IMG/VR virus record: IMGVR_UViG_3300042549_001103
Span: 1 to 61,630 of that record
Source: a virus
Lineage: Duplodnaviria; Caudoviricetes
Direction: 5' to 3' (one strand)
Length of the DNA: 61,630 nucleotides
Shown here: positions 47,718 through 57,500 of the stretch, piece after piece
How positions within the stretch are numbered: the stretch's first letter is position 1
How the letters are laid out: each line of letters opens with the position of its first letter
Program-made: the position numbers and the translations under genes
Notes under the pieces: model-generated
What the model was told of the DNA's origin: nothing
What the model saw: only the letters and a program-made list of their open reading frames with translations
Databases searched by the model: none

Positions 47718-47759
47718 ATTGCTTGCATTTATTGTTGTATAGGTTATTATTAAAGAAAT

Positions 47760-47827
47760 CTGGGAACCTCCAGCTTTACTGACCGCCCCAGCGGACGATG
47801 CAGAGACAGTAGAGCGTAGTACTGCAT
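47760..47827 (+). ncRNA. Candidate pseudoknotted RNA downstream of the capsid gene (possibly Mu-gpT-DE-like)
   Basis: Four complementary pairings (see findings); preceded by TTGCAT-16-TATTAT. Confidence 0.5.
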
Positions 47828-47842
47828 ATACAAGGAATTATT

Positions 47843-48292
47843 ATGGCCTCGACTACTTTTTCTGGTCCAGTCACATCGACAAATGGTTTTATTGGCACAC
47901 TTACTGGCAACATTGTAGGTACCAGCGCTGTCACACATGAGACAACTGCTGCAATTAACGCCACAGCTACAGCCACAGCCGCTCAAGTCGCAACCGGCTA
48001 TATCACTTCCACATCCGCCGCTGCAACGATAATCACGCTTCCTACAGGCACATTGCTTGGCGCTGCTCTTGGCGCTACTCAAGGTACTGTGTTTGATCTG
48101 TACATTGACAATACTGGCGGCGCTAACATCGTAACCGTTGCTGTTGCAGTGAATGGCATCTTGTCCTCTGGTGCAGCTGATACCCCCGGAAGCTTTGGCG
48201 ACTTGACTATTGCTGCTGGCGCAACAGGCATTGCTCGGTTTACGCTGATGTTTGCAAGCGCAACTGCTTACGTCTTTACACGTACAGCTTAA
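47843..48292 (+). CDS. Virion structural protein
   Basis: MASTTFSGPV N-terminus; Ala/Thr-rich. Confidence 0.65.
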   Translation: MASTTFSGPVTSTNGFIGTLTGNIVGTSAVTHETTAAINATATATAAQVATGYITSTSAAATIITLPTGTLLGAALGATQGTVFDLYIDNTGGANIVTVAVAVNGILSSGAADTPGSFGDLTIAAGATGIARFTLMFASATAYVFTRTA

Positions 48293-48298
48293 TTAGCT

Positions 48299-48318
48299 AC
48301 CCACTTCGGTGGGTTTTT
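48299..48318 (+). terminator. Rho-independent terminator
   Basis: acccac-TTCG-gtgggt-tttt. Confidence 0.75.
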
Positions 48319-48338
48319 CTACTTCTTAGGAGCTAATT

Positions 48339-48632
48339 ATGGCAATGCAAACTGACGTTAAAAGCGAACATACCAACGGCACACAAACCAATCAAGCCCT
48401 TATTACCGGTCGTGTTCGGGTTAAGGCTGTGGTTATTACTGGTGGCGTTGGCGCTGGCAAGGCTAGATTTTTAGACGCTTCTGGCGGAAACATTCTTTTA
48501 GAGCTAGATACAGGGTCAAACTCAAACATGACTAATGTCATTTTGCCGGGGGAAGGAATTTTGTTCCCTAACGGCGTTTGGTATACCTCGGTATCCGTTG
48601 CTCCTCTTGGCGTTACGGTTATTTATGGCTAA
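48339..48632 (+). CDS. Small structural protein
   Basis: LPGEGILFPNGV; RBS aggag. Confidence 0.65.
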   Translation: MAMQTDVKSEHTNGTQTNQALITGRVRVKAVVITGGVGAGKARFLDASGGNILLELDTGSNSNMTNVILPGEGILFPNGVWYTSVSVAPLGVTVIYG

Positions 48633-48879
48633 GAAGACCCCATCCCTTGCTGTCGGTCGTGGCGAAAAACTGCCAGTCAAGCAAGGGGCTGGGTTAACTG
48701 CCAAAGGCCGTGCTAAATATAATGCAGCAACTGGGTCAAACCTAAAGGCTCCACAGCCCGAGGGTGGCCCGCGTAAGAAGTCATTTTGTGCCAGAATGAG
48801 TGGTATGCCCGGCCCTATGAAAGACGAGAAAGGCAGACCAACACGCAAAGCCGCAAGTCTCAAACGATGGAAATGTTGA
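48625..48879 (+). CDS. Small basic conserved protein
   Basis: GLTAKGRAKYN...SFCARM...SLKRWKC. Confidence 0.7.
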   Translation: MAKKTPSLAVGRGEKLPVKQGAGLTAKGRAKYNAATGSNLKAPQPEGGPRKKSFCARMSGMPGPMKDEKGRPTRKAASLKRWKC

Positions 48880-48880
48880 A

Positions 48881-49120
48881 ATGGAAGATACAGTGCAAAC
48901 AGCTCGCGAACTAGCTACGCATGCTAATGAAATAAAACATATCCAGTTTGACATGGATAGGGTTTTAGAAGAACTTGATGCCATGAAAACAACGATTGAC
49001 TCTATTAACCAAAAGCTTGACCGAGCTGAAGGCGGATGGAAAACCTTAATCTGGATTGGCGGGCTTGCCACAAGCGTCACCGGTATTATTGGTTATATTA
49101 TTGGACAAGTTCGAGGTTAA
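48881..49120 (+). CDS. Coiled-coil protein with C-terminal TM segment
   Basis: GGWKTLIWIGGLATSVTGIIGYII. Confidence 0.65.
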   Translation: MEDTVQTARELATHANEIKHIQFDMDRVLEELDAMKTTIDSINQKLDRAEGGWKTLIWIGGLATSVTGIIGYIIGQVRG

Positions 49121-49121
49121 T

Positions 49122-49535
49122 ATGCCAGCCACCTCTGCAAAACAAAAGAAGTTCATGGATGCGGCAGCAAACAACCCTGCGTTCGCTAAGAAGGTCGGTG
49201 TACCGGTTAAAGTAGCAAAAGAATATTCACAGGCCAGTAAAGGCCAATCTTTTAAGGAAGGTGGCGTTATGAAAAACGATATGAAACAAGACAAATCAAT
49301 GGCTAAGAAAGCTGTTGGCATGCACGAGTCACAGTTGCACGGTGGCAAGAAGTCAGATATGTCCAAGCTCAAGAAGGGCGGCATGCCTATGGCTATGAAA
49401 GACGGTAAAAAAGTCCCAGCATTCGCAGCTAAGAGCGGTGGCATGACTAAGATGGCTCGCGGCGGTGGCATTGAGTCCAAGGGTAAGACCAAAGGCACAA
49501 TGATTAAGATGAAGTCTGGCGGCAAAACTTGCTAA
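49122..49535 (+). CDS. Small Lys/Met-rich protein with KxGG repeats
   Basis: FKEGG, LKKGG, AKSGG, MARGG, MKSGG. Confidence 0.7.
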   Translation: MPATSAKQKKFMDAAANNPAFAKKVGVPVKVAKEYSQASKGQSFKEGGVMKNDMKQDKSMAKKAVGMHESQLHGGKKSDMSKLKKGGMPMAMKDGKKVPAFAAKSGGMTKMARGGGIESKGKTKGTMIKMKSGGKTC

Positions 49536-49543
49536 GGTGACGT

Positions 49544-49885
49544 ATGAAAAAGATGACCCAAGATGATATTGACGCCGGGCTAACACAAGAAGATGTTAAT
49601 CTTGGGTTGCGTGGGAAAGTGATTAAGGGCGGTAGCGACGCAGCTATGAAGTCGCGTATGGCTTCGGAAAAGTACGATAGCCCGAGCATCGTTGACCAGT
49701 ACCGTGATCTTAAAAAGAACCCCCCAGCTAAAGCTTTTTCTGTTGCTGAGCCTATTGGTGCGCGCAAGGGCGGAGCGGTTAAAATGGCAAAAGGCGGTTC
49801 AGCCTCAAGCCGTGCTGATGGCTGCGCTATGAAAGGCAAGACCAAAGGCATGATGGTCAAGATGAAGTCCGGTGGGATGTGTTGA
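49544..49885 (+). CDS. Small basic protein with xGG repeats
   Basis: ARKGG, MAKGG, RADGCAMKGKTKG, MKSGG. Confidence 0.7.
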   Translation: MKKMTQDDIDAGLTQEDVNLGLRGKVIKGGSDAAMKSRMASEKYDSPSIVDQYRDLKKNPPAKAFSVAEPIGARKGGAVKMAKGGSASSRADGCAMKGKTKGMMVKMKSGGMC

Positions 49886-49886
49886 G

Positions 49887-50162
49887 ATGAGAGCCTCTCG
49901 CGGAATGGGCGATATTAACCCGTCTAAAATGCCCGGAGCTAAGAAAGCTAAGCGCAAAGACGGCGATGAGTTTGCCATGTACGCCGAGGGCGGCAAAGTA
50001 AATGCCGCTGGCAACTACACCAAGCCTAGCTTGCGCAAGAAGATTGTGTCTCAAGTTAAAGCCGCAGCTACGCACGGCACAGGCGCTGGTCAATGGAGCG
50101 GTAGAAAGGCACAGCTAGTGGCTAAGAAATATAAAGCAGCAGGCGGCGGGTATCGTGATTAA
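49887..50162 (+). CDS. Small basic protein
   Basis: YAEGG; GQWSGRKAQLVAKKYKAAGGGY. Confidence 0.7.
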   Translation: MRASRGMGDINPSKMPGAKKAKRKDGDEFAMYAEGGKVNAAGNYTKPSLRKKIVSQVKAAATHGTGAGQWSGRKAQLVAKKYKAAGGGYRD

Positions 50163-50391
50163 AAAGCCGCAGCAATCCTTAAAAGCTTGGGGAGATCAGA
50201 AATGGCAAACCAAGTCCGGCAAGAAGTCCTCGGAAACGGGTGAGCGGTATCTGCCAGAGAAGGCGATTAAAGCATTAAGCCCTGCGGAGTATGCAGCCAC
50301 AACCAAGGCTAAACGAGCAGGTAAAGCGGCAGGTAAGCAGTTTGTAGCCCAGCCAAAACGTATTGCAAAGAAAACGGCAGGATTTAGATGA
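50155..50391 (+). CDS. Small basic protein
   Basis: SLKAWGDQKW...GERYLPEKA. Confidence 0.7.
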   Translation: MIKKPQQSLKAWGDQKWQTKSGKKSSETGERYLPEKAIKALSPAEYAATTKAKRAGKAAGKQFVAQPKRIAKKTAGFR

Positions 50392-51104
50392 CTACTTCAG
50401 GCACCGCAGGCTTTAATCTTGACCTCTCCGAGTTGGTGGAAGAGGCGTTTGAGCGTTGCGGAAAAGAACTGCGTACTGGATACGACCTACGTACAGCACG
50501 TCGCAGTTTAAACTTGCTGACGATTGAGTGGGCAAATCGTGGAATTAACCTCTGGACGATTGAGCAAGGCTCGATCCCGATGGTGACAGGGCAGTCTACA
50601 TACAACCTACCAGTAGATACGATTGATTTACTTGATACCGTTATTCGTACGGGTACAGGTCAGGGTCAGATTGACATCAACATCTCGCGCATTTCAGAGT
50701 CTACGTACTCCACTATCCCAACAAAGAACGCACAGGGTCGCCCAATTCAGGTGTGGATTAACCGCCAGTCCGGTGCAGACTATCCAACTACTGGCACGAA
50801 CGCTCCAAAGATTGTGGTGTGGCCTACGCCAAACGCACCGGGCAATCAGTATACTTTCGTGTATTTTCGCCTAAGACGTATTCAGGACGCTGGTAGTGGT
50901 GTTTCTACTCAAGATATTCCTTTCCGCTTTCTTACCTGCATGGTTGCAGGCTTGGCATTTTACTTGGCGTCTAAGCTTCCCGATGTAACGCCAGACCGTA
51001 TTTTGTTTTTAAAGTCTGAGTACGAACAACAATTTCAACTTGCTGCCGACGAGGATCGAGAAAAAGCACCGATTCGTTTGGTGCCAAGACTGTTGAATTA
51101 TTGA
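50388..51104 (+). CDS. Head-tail adaptor-like protein
   Basis: ARRSLNLLTIEWANRG...VWPTP...GLAFYLA. Confidence 0.65.
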   Translation: MTTSGTAGFNLDLSELVEEAFERCGKELRTGYDLRTARRSLNLLTIEWANRGINLWTIEQGSIPMVTGQSTYNLPVDTIDLLDTVIRTGTGQGQIDINISRISESTYSTIPTKNAQGRPIQVWINRQSGADYPTTGTNAPKIVVWPTPNAPGNQYTFVYFRLRRIQDAGSGVSTQDIPFRFLTCMVAGLAFYLASKLPDVTPDRILFLKSEYEQQFQLAADEDREKAPIRLVPRLLNY

Positions 51105-51112
51105 GGTGAGTC

Positions 51113-51496
51113 ATGCCCTCTAAATTTGCTTCTGGTAAATATGCGATTGCAGAATGTGATCGGTGTGGGTTTAGGTTTAAGTTAAAACAACTAAAGAAAG
51201 AGGTTGTTAAGACTAAACTGTATCAGGTCAAAGTATGTAACGCGTGTTGGAACCCGGATCAGCCTCAGTTGCAGTTAGGTATGTATCCTGTGAACGATCC
51301 GCAGGCTGTACGTGAACCAAGGCCGGATACCAGTTATGTTGTTTCAGGTTTAGATGTTGACGGTGATCCGTCTGGTGGCAGCAGAATATTTCAGTGGGGC
51401 TTTAACCCAGTCGGCGGTGCAAGAGATGGTGGTCTTACGCCTAATGACTTGATTATCCAAGCCCAGCTTGGTACAGTTACAGTACTTACATCCTAG
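51113..51496 (+). CDS. Conserved protein with CxxC pairs
   Basis: CDRCGF...VCNACW...PQLQ...PRPD. Confidence 0.7.
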   Translation: MPSKFASGKYAIAECDRCGFRFKLKQLKKEVVKTKLYQVKVCNACWNPDQPQLQLGMYPVNDPQAVREPRPDTSYVVSGLDVDGDPSGGSRIFQWGFNPVGGARDGGLTPNDLIIQAQLGTVTVLTS

Positions 51497-51505
51497 GGGA
51501 TAGCA

Positions 51506-51688
51506 ATGTATAAACGTGGCGCAGATGGCGTAGCAAAGAAAGGTAAAACTGAGGGTAAGAATCTCGGTAATGATGGCCCAAAGGTCGGCATGATGCATGG
51601 TGGAAAAAAGACCGCTGGTGTCAAAAACATCGACTTAAAAACGATGGGTCGTGGCTTGGCGAAGGTCAAGAACCAAAAAGGTGGTTGA
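51506..51688 (+). CDS. Small basic protein
   Basis: RGADGVAKKGKTEG, MMHGG. Confidence 0.65.
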   Translation: MYKRGADGVAKKGKTEGKNLGNDGPKVGMMHGGKKTAGVKNIDLKTMGRGLAKVKNQKGG

Positions 51689-51689
51689 T

Positions 51690-51971
51690 ATGGCTAAATT
51701 TAGTCAAAAACTAATGGGTAAAGAAGTTGGCTCGGCAGCGGTTTATGCTGAACCCCACACAATGAAAGGTGGCCCTGTGAACGTAAAAGAATCTATTAGC
51801 CGTAAGCCCGACCCGAACACCTTAAAGGCAACGGATGTAAATTGTTGCACCCCTGCTATGCGTGTTAGCACTGGAGATCCAGCCCGTGAAGATGTCAAAA
51901 CTACCGGCATTAAGATTCGTGGTACCGGCTGCGCGACGAAAGGCACAATGGCTCGTGGGCCAATGGGTTAA
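51690..51971 (+). CDS. Small basic protein
   Basis: TMKGG; RGTGCATKG. Confidence 0.65.
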   Translation: MAKFSQKLMGKEVGSAAVYAEPHTMKGGPVNVKESISRKPDPNTLKATDVNCCTPAMRVSTGDPAREDVKTTGIKIRGTGCATKGTMARGPMG

Positions 51972-51973
51972 AC

Positions 51974-52648
51974 ATGAACTATACCCAGCTCACCCAAGCG
52001 ATTATCTCGTACGCAGAAAGCAGTGAACCAGAGTTCGTTGCTAATATTCCTGTGTTCGTGCAAATTGCTGAGCAACGTATATACAACTCTGTTCAACTGT
52101 CCTACCTGCGCAAGAACGTTACGGGAACCGTAAGTCTTAGTAATAAGTATCTTTCTGCGCCAGACGACTTTTTGTCGGTGTATTCATTTGCCGTTATTAA
52201 ACCGAACGGTGAGTATGAGTACCTGTTAAATAAAGACGTTAACTTTATTCGGCAAGCTTATCCTGCTCCTACAGACATAGGTGTGCCAAAGTACTACGCT
52301 ATTTTTGGCCCTACAACAACTGCCACTTCCATACCAGCGATAACCAACGAACTGTCTTTCTTGCTTGGCCCGACGCCAGACATTAGTTACAACGTTGAGC
52401 TGCATTACTTCTTCTACCCTGAATCAATTGTGACTGCTGGTACGACGTGGCTTGGTGATAACTTTGACACTGTTTTGCTTTATGGTGCGCTGCGTGAAGC
52501 TGTGATCTTCCAGAAAGGCGAGGCAGACGTGGTCGCAATGTATGAGCAGAAGTACATGGAAGGTATGGCGTTACTCAAGCAGTTGGGTGATGGAAAAGAA
52601 AGACAGGATGCGTACAGAAGCGGGCAAGTGAGGTATCCCGTCCGATGA
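51974..52648 (+). CDS. Head-tail adaptor / tail tubular A-like protein
   Basis: AEQRIY...GVPKYYA...GPTPD...LLYGAL. Confidence 0.65.
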   Translation: MNYTQLTQAIISYAESSEPEFVANIPVFVQIAEQRIYNSVQLSYLRKNVTGTVSLSNKYLSAPDDFLSVYSFAVIKPNGEYEYLLNKDVNFIRQAYPAPTDIGVPKYYAIFGPTTTATSIPAITNELSFLLGPTPDISYNVELHYFFYPESIVTAGTTWLGDNFDTVLLYGALREAVIFQKGEADVVAMYEQKYMEGMALLKQLGDGKERQDAYRSGQVRYPVR

Positions 52649-53298
52649 AACGCTTAAATCCTAAAACCGCTGTACTTTTTAAAAAGGGTGACGTTCGAGA
52701 GGACGGGTATGTGTTTGGGTATTATCAAAATACAAGAATTAAAAAAGATGGTTTTTGTAAAGAAGTTTGGCTTTCTCCAGAAATGTTTGCTAAAGACGTT
52801 GAGTTACATAAAGCGGCGTCAAAAGCCTATTATGCAAAAAATGCAGATAAAGAGAATGCTAGATCAATTGCATGGAAGCAAAAAAATAGAAGTAGGGCAA
52901 ATGAACTTAAACGGCAGTCGTGGCATAAACACGCCGAAAGCAACCAAGAAAAATTACGTGTACGTTATATTGGAAACAAACAATACTATCTAAATCAAGC
53001 TTTATTATGGCAAAAACAAAACCCATCAAAAGTTGCAGCCAGAACAATGCGTCGTAATTTAGCAAAAATACAACGCACTCCGCCGTGGTTAGGTGGTGAC
53101 GATCACTGGATGATTGAGCAAGCATACGAATTAGCTGCCTTACGTACTAAAATGTTTGGGTTTGTGTGGCATGTTGACCATATAATCCCATTGCGGGGTA
53201 AAACTGTTTCTGGATTGCATGTGCCGTGGAATTTGCAAGTGATTCCGGGCGTAGAAAACAACCGTAAAGGGAACAGACTTATGGGGAACGTATCTTGA
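52645..53298 (+). CDS. Free-standing HNH endonuclease
   Basis: RTPPWL...WHVDHIIPLRGKTVSGLHVPWNLQVI...NNRKGN; AT-rich. Confidence 0.88.
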   Translation: MKRLNPKTAVLFKKGDVREDGYVFGYYQNTRIKKDGFCKEVWLSPEMFAKDVELHKAASKAYYAKNADKENARSIAWKQKNRSRANELKRQSWHKHAESNQEKLRVRYIGNKQYYLNQALLWQKQNPSKVAARTMRRNLAKIQRTPPWLGGDDHWMIEQAYELAALRTKMFGFVWHVDHIIPLRGKTVSGLHVPWNLQVIPGVENNRKGNRLMGNVS

Positions 53299-53714
53299 GC
53301 TTTACTGGAAACTTCCTTTGCAATAGCTTTAACCCCGGACTTGTTTCCGGCAGATTTGATTTTGTTGTTCCAACGCCGGATACATACTACATAGCGTTGT
53401 ACACCAATGCTGCTGCTCTTGACCAAACTACTACTGCTTACACAACAGCAGGCGAGGTGGTTGCCGCAGGATACACAGCAGGTGGTAACGTCATTACCCC
53501 CGTGTATTACACTGAGTCTGGTGGCGCGTACATTAGCTTTGCCAACACATCTTGGGCGGGATCCTTTACGGCTCGTGGCGCTTTAATCTATAAGCCCGGC
53601 AGTGATGGCGCTATCTGTGTGTTGGACTTTGGTTCGGACAAAACAGCAGCAAATACATTTACCTTAATTTTCCCGGCGGCTACCACAACTAATGCCCTTA
53701 TAAGGATTGCATAA
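53295..53714 (+). CDS. Tail structural protein
   Basis: IALYT...GYTAGG...ARGALIY...VLDFGSDK; TTG start. Confidence 0.65.
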   Translation: MSFTGNFLCNSFNPGLVSGRFDFVVPTPDTYYIALYTNAAALDQTTTAYTTAGEVVAAGYTAGGNVITPVYYTESGGAYISFANTSWAGSFTARGALIYKPGSDGAICVLDFGSDKTAANTFTLIFPAATTTNALIRIA

Positions 53715-53715
53715 C

Positions 53716-54294
53716 ATGAGCAGTGAAAAAACAACATTTGGGGATGCAGTTGATGCGACTGTTATCCGTGGTGCTGGACAGACCGAAGTTATTGGGCTGG
53801 AAGGCGTTTACACAGCAGAATGCTACGATGTACAAGGCAATCTAAAGTGGTCTGACAGCATTAAGAACCTGACAACGAACGTTGGGCGAGCAAGCTTACT
53901 TAACTCGTATTTTGCAAACAGCGGTGCTGGCGCAATCGTTATGGGTCTTAAAGGCACAGGCACAGCCGTTGTCGCTGACACGCAAGCAAGTCATTCTTCA
54001 TGGCTAGAAGTAGGATTGGCAAATGCCCCTACGTACTCAGGCACACGCAAGACTCCGTTGTTTGCCTCCGCTACTACTGCTAACCCTTCTGTGTTGGCTA
54101 CTAGCGCTGCTGTAGTGTTTGCAATCACTGGTTCTGGAACGGTTGCCGGCGCGTTTATTAACGTTGGTGGCTCGGCTGTGGTTGACAGCACAACTGGCGT
54201 CTTGTTCTCTGCTGGTGACTTTACTGCCGGGTCAAAGACTGTTTCTTCAGGCGATACAATTAACGTTACGTACACTCTTAGCGCCGCTGGTTAA
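53716..54294 (+). CDS. Tail structural protein
   Basis: GDTINVTYT C-terminus. Confidence 0.65.
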   Translation: MSSEKTTFGDAVDATVIRGAGQTEVIGLEGVYTAECYDVQGNLKWSDSIKNLTTNVGRASLLNSYFANSGAGAIVMGLKGTGTAVVADTQASHSSWLEVGLANAPTYSGTRKTPLFASATTANPSVLATSAAVVFAITGSGTVAGAFINVGGSAVVDSTTGVLFSAGDFTAGSKTVSSGDTINVTYTLSAAG

Positions 54295-54306
54295 CAGGGA
54301 ATTGTC

Positions 54307-54546
54307 ATGGTCACTCCAGTTATTGTTAGCGATCCGCCAATTACCAACCCTAACGGCTCAATGTCGATTGATTTTGTTGCGTCTTATGAAGGCTATGTGC
54401 TGAAAGACGCAATTGTCGGCACACCCGAATACATCAACTCTCTTTCTGCGGAAGAAATTAACACGATTGAGGTTGATCGGTTTAATGTCTGGTACGACAT
54501 TGTTAACCCACCGGCGGAAGTTGTTGAAGAACAGGGAGAAGCATAA
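54307..54546 (+). CDS. Small acidic protein (possible fibre chaperone)
   Basis: 79 aa preceding the large fibre gene. Confidence 0.55.
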   Translation: MVTPVIVSDPPITNPNGSMSIDFVASYEGYVLKDAIVGTPEYINSLSAEEINTIEVDRFNVWYDIVNPPAEVVEEQGEA

Positions 54547-54547
54547 A

Positions 54548-57500
54548 ATGGATCGCTATTGGGTAGGCGGTGCGGGTACTTGGGATGCAACCACAACTAC
54601 AAACTGGTCGGCTACTTCTGGTGGTGCTGGCGGTGCTTCTGCCCCTACGTCTGCTGATAATGTCATCTTTGATTCTGCGTCTAATGCAACACTATACACG
54701 GTCACAGTAGGCACGAACGCTGTCTGTGAGGACTTAACGGTTGCTGCTCCGCTTACGGGGGCTGTCACATTTTCTTTGGCTGCTACGGCAAGAATAGATT
54801 GCTATGGCTCAATGACGTTGCCAGCCGCTAACTGCACTTGGACAGGTGTTACTGGTGCGCTTGTAACATTTAGGGCAACCACTACAGGTAAAACAATTAC
54901 CACCAATGGAGTAACTTTAACTTTAACATCTTTAACCTTTAATGGTGTTGGCGGTGCGTGGACTTTAGGTTCGGCGTTAACATTTACTGGCTCAACTACA
55001 GGATTGATAGTCACTAACGGGACATTTAATAGCGGTAATTTTAATATAACTGGCGTTGTTTTTGCTGTTAATGCCGTTGGAACACAAGTAATTAACTTAG
55101 GTTCTTCTACCGTAACATTATCTGCCTCGGGTTCTATTACTTTTTCACAAACAGCAGGTCTTACATTTAACGCTGGTACTTCACAGATTAATTGCTCTAC
55201 TGCCTCACCAACATTTACTGGTGGTGGACAGACTTTCTACAATGTATCGTTTACAAGTGCTAGTGCTGGAAACACAACCATTTCTGGCGCAAATACATTT
55301 AATGATTTAAACCAAACAAGCAGGAGTGCTACTTCGATAAGAGGTTTTTCTTTAGGCGCAAACCAAACTGTATCTGGAACGCTAACTCTAGGCGCAGCAA
55401 ATACTTCTATTCGCAGAATACAGGTTCAATCCGACATCATTGGAACACGACGCACTATTGCGCTTAACGGAACGCTCGCCGCTTTAGCTGATATTGACTT
55501 TAGAGATATTGGTGCAGCTGGAACTGTAGCAACCCCTTGGACAGGGACTCGTCTTGGTGATGGCTTAAACAATAGCAACATTACATTTGACGCAGCTAAA
55601 GATGTGTATTGGAATTTGGTTGCTGGTGGTGATTGGTCTGGTACAGGATGGGCATTATCTTCTGGTGGAACTCCTGATGCTAATAACTTTCCACTAGCAC
55701 AAGACAAAGCAATTATTGAAAACACAGGTCTAAACACTAGCGCAACAATTACGCTAGGTGTAGCGTGGTGGATTGGCGAATTTGATGCTTCTACCCGCAG
55801 TAATGCTATGACGTTTAGCAATTCAACAGCAACACCAATAGTATATAAAAACGTCACGCTATCTTCTGCTGTCACAATGACAGGCACAGGTGTATGGAGC
55901 TTTGTTGGTCAAGGCATTACGCAGATTTTAGATACCAACACCGCTACGTTCGTGCCACCTATTACTGTCAATTCTGCAACCGGAACGCTTCAGTTAGCAG
56001 AGGATACAACTTGCTCTGCTACGGTTACTTTGACCAGCGGTACATTAAGCCTAAATAACTTTAACTTAACTTGTAATATATTTACTTACAGTAGTACTCT
56101 TACAAGAGCTATTGCGTTTGGCACTGGCGTAATTAACGTTACAGGAACAAATGCTGCGGTTTTAAGTGCTGGTTCAAATAGTACTGGGTTTAGCTATACA
56201 GGAACGCCTAGATTTAATCTAACTGGCGCAGGAGTAGGTGGGCAAACGAGAACCTTACTTTTTGCTCAAGCTGGAATTACCGAAGCAAATGCAGTTGACG
56301 TATATGTTACAGCGGGCGCTGATACTATTGCTTCTAGTGGCACAGGATTTTTTCTTAAAACTTTAGATTTTACTGGCTTTACTGGAGCGTTTACTAGGGC
56401 AACAGGTTCTTCACTGTTTGGCAATTTAGTAATCAGCAGTGGTATGACATTAACTGCTGGAATAGGCACAACTACATTTGCAGCCACATCAGGAACGCAA
56501 CTAGTCACCACAAATGGTGTTGTTTTAGATTTCCCGATTACTCAAAACGGCATTGGCGGTACTGTACAGCTACAAGACAACCTAACGATGGGTTCTACCC
56601 GCACATTTACGCTGACCAACGGAACACTAGACCTTGATGACAACACGCTAACAACTGGGCTGTTTAATTCAAATAACGTTAATACTCGTGCTATCGCTTT
56701 TGGGACTGGGAATATTACAACAACTGGAAGTGGAATTGCTTGGACTACAGCAACGCCTATAAACTTTAGTTATACAGGAACACCAACCGTAAACATTTCC
56801 AACAACTCAGCTACCTCAACCACCATTAATACAGGGCTACTGACTGAGTTGCAAGCGTTAAACTTTAATTACACTATTGGAACTTACACCTTAATTGATA
56901 GCACTAATTGTGTTTACGGGTCTGTGAACTTTACAGGTTTTGCTGGAACAATAGCGGGTACTGCTAGAGCTGTTTTTGGTAACTATACCTTAAGTACAGG
57001 CATGACATTAACTGCTGGAACAGGCGTAACTACATTTGCAGCTACGTCAGGTACGCAACTAGTCACTACCAACGGCAAAACTTTAGACTTTCCCATTGTT
57101 CAAAGCGGAGTAGGCGGTACTGTCCAATTGCAAGACAACCTCACGATGGGTTCTACTCGTCAATTTACGCTGACCAATGGAACATTTAATGTCAACGGCA
57201 AGGTATTTACTACGGGGATATTTAGCTCCGCTAACTCTAATACCCGCACCTTAAATCTAGGTGCTAATGGAACGCTTGCGATTAACGGTGGTGGCTGGAC
57301 AGCTCCGACTGCTACAGGCTTAACATTAAGTGGCACAGGCACGATTAGTATGGATTTGGCAACGGCTAAGACTTTTGCTGGCGGTGGTCTTGTCTATCCG
57401 TACACACTCAATCAGGGCGGTGCTGGTACGCTTTCGATTACTGGTGCTAATACATTTGCCGACATGACTAACACCGTACAGCCCACTACGATTACATTCC

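Noticed and set aside
56444-57185. Diversity-generating retroelement TR/VR pair
   Set aside because: Both copies are in-frame within one gene, the differences are not adenine-specific, and no reverse transcriptase is present
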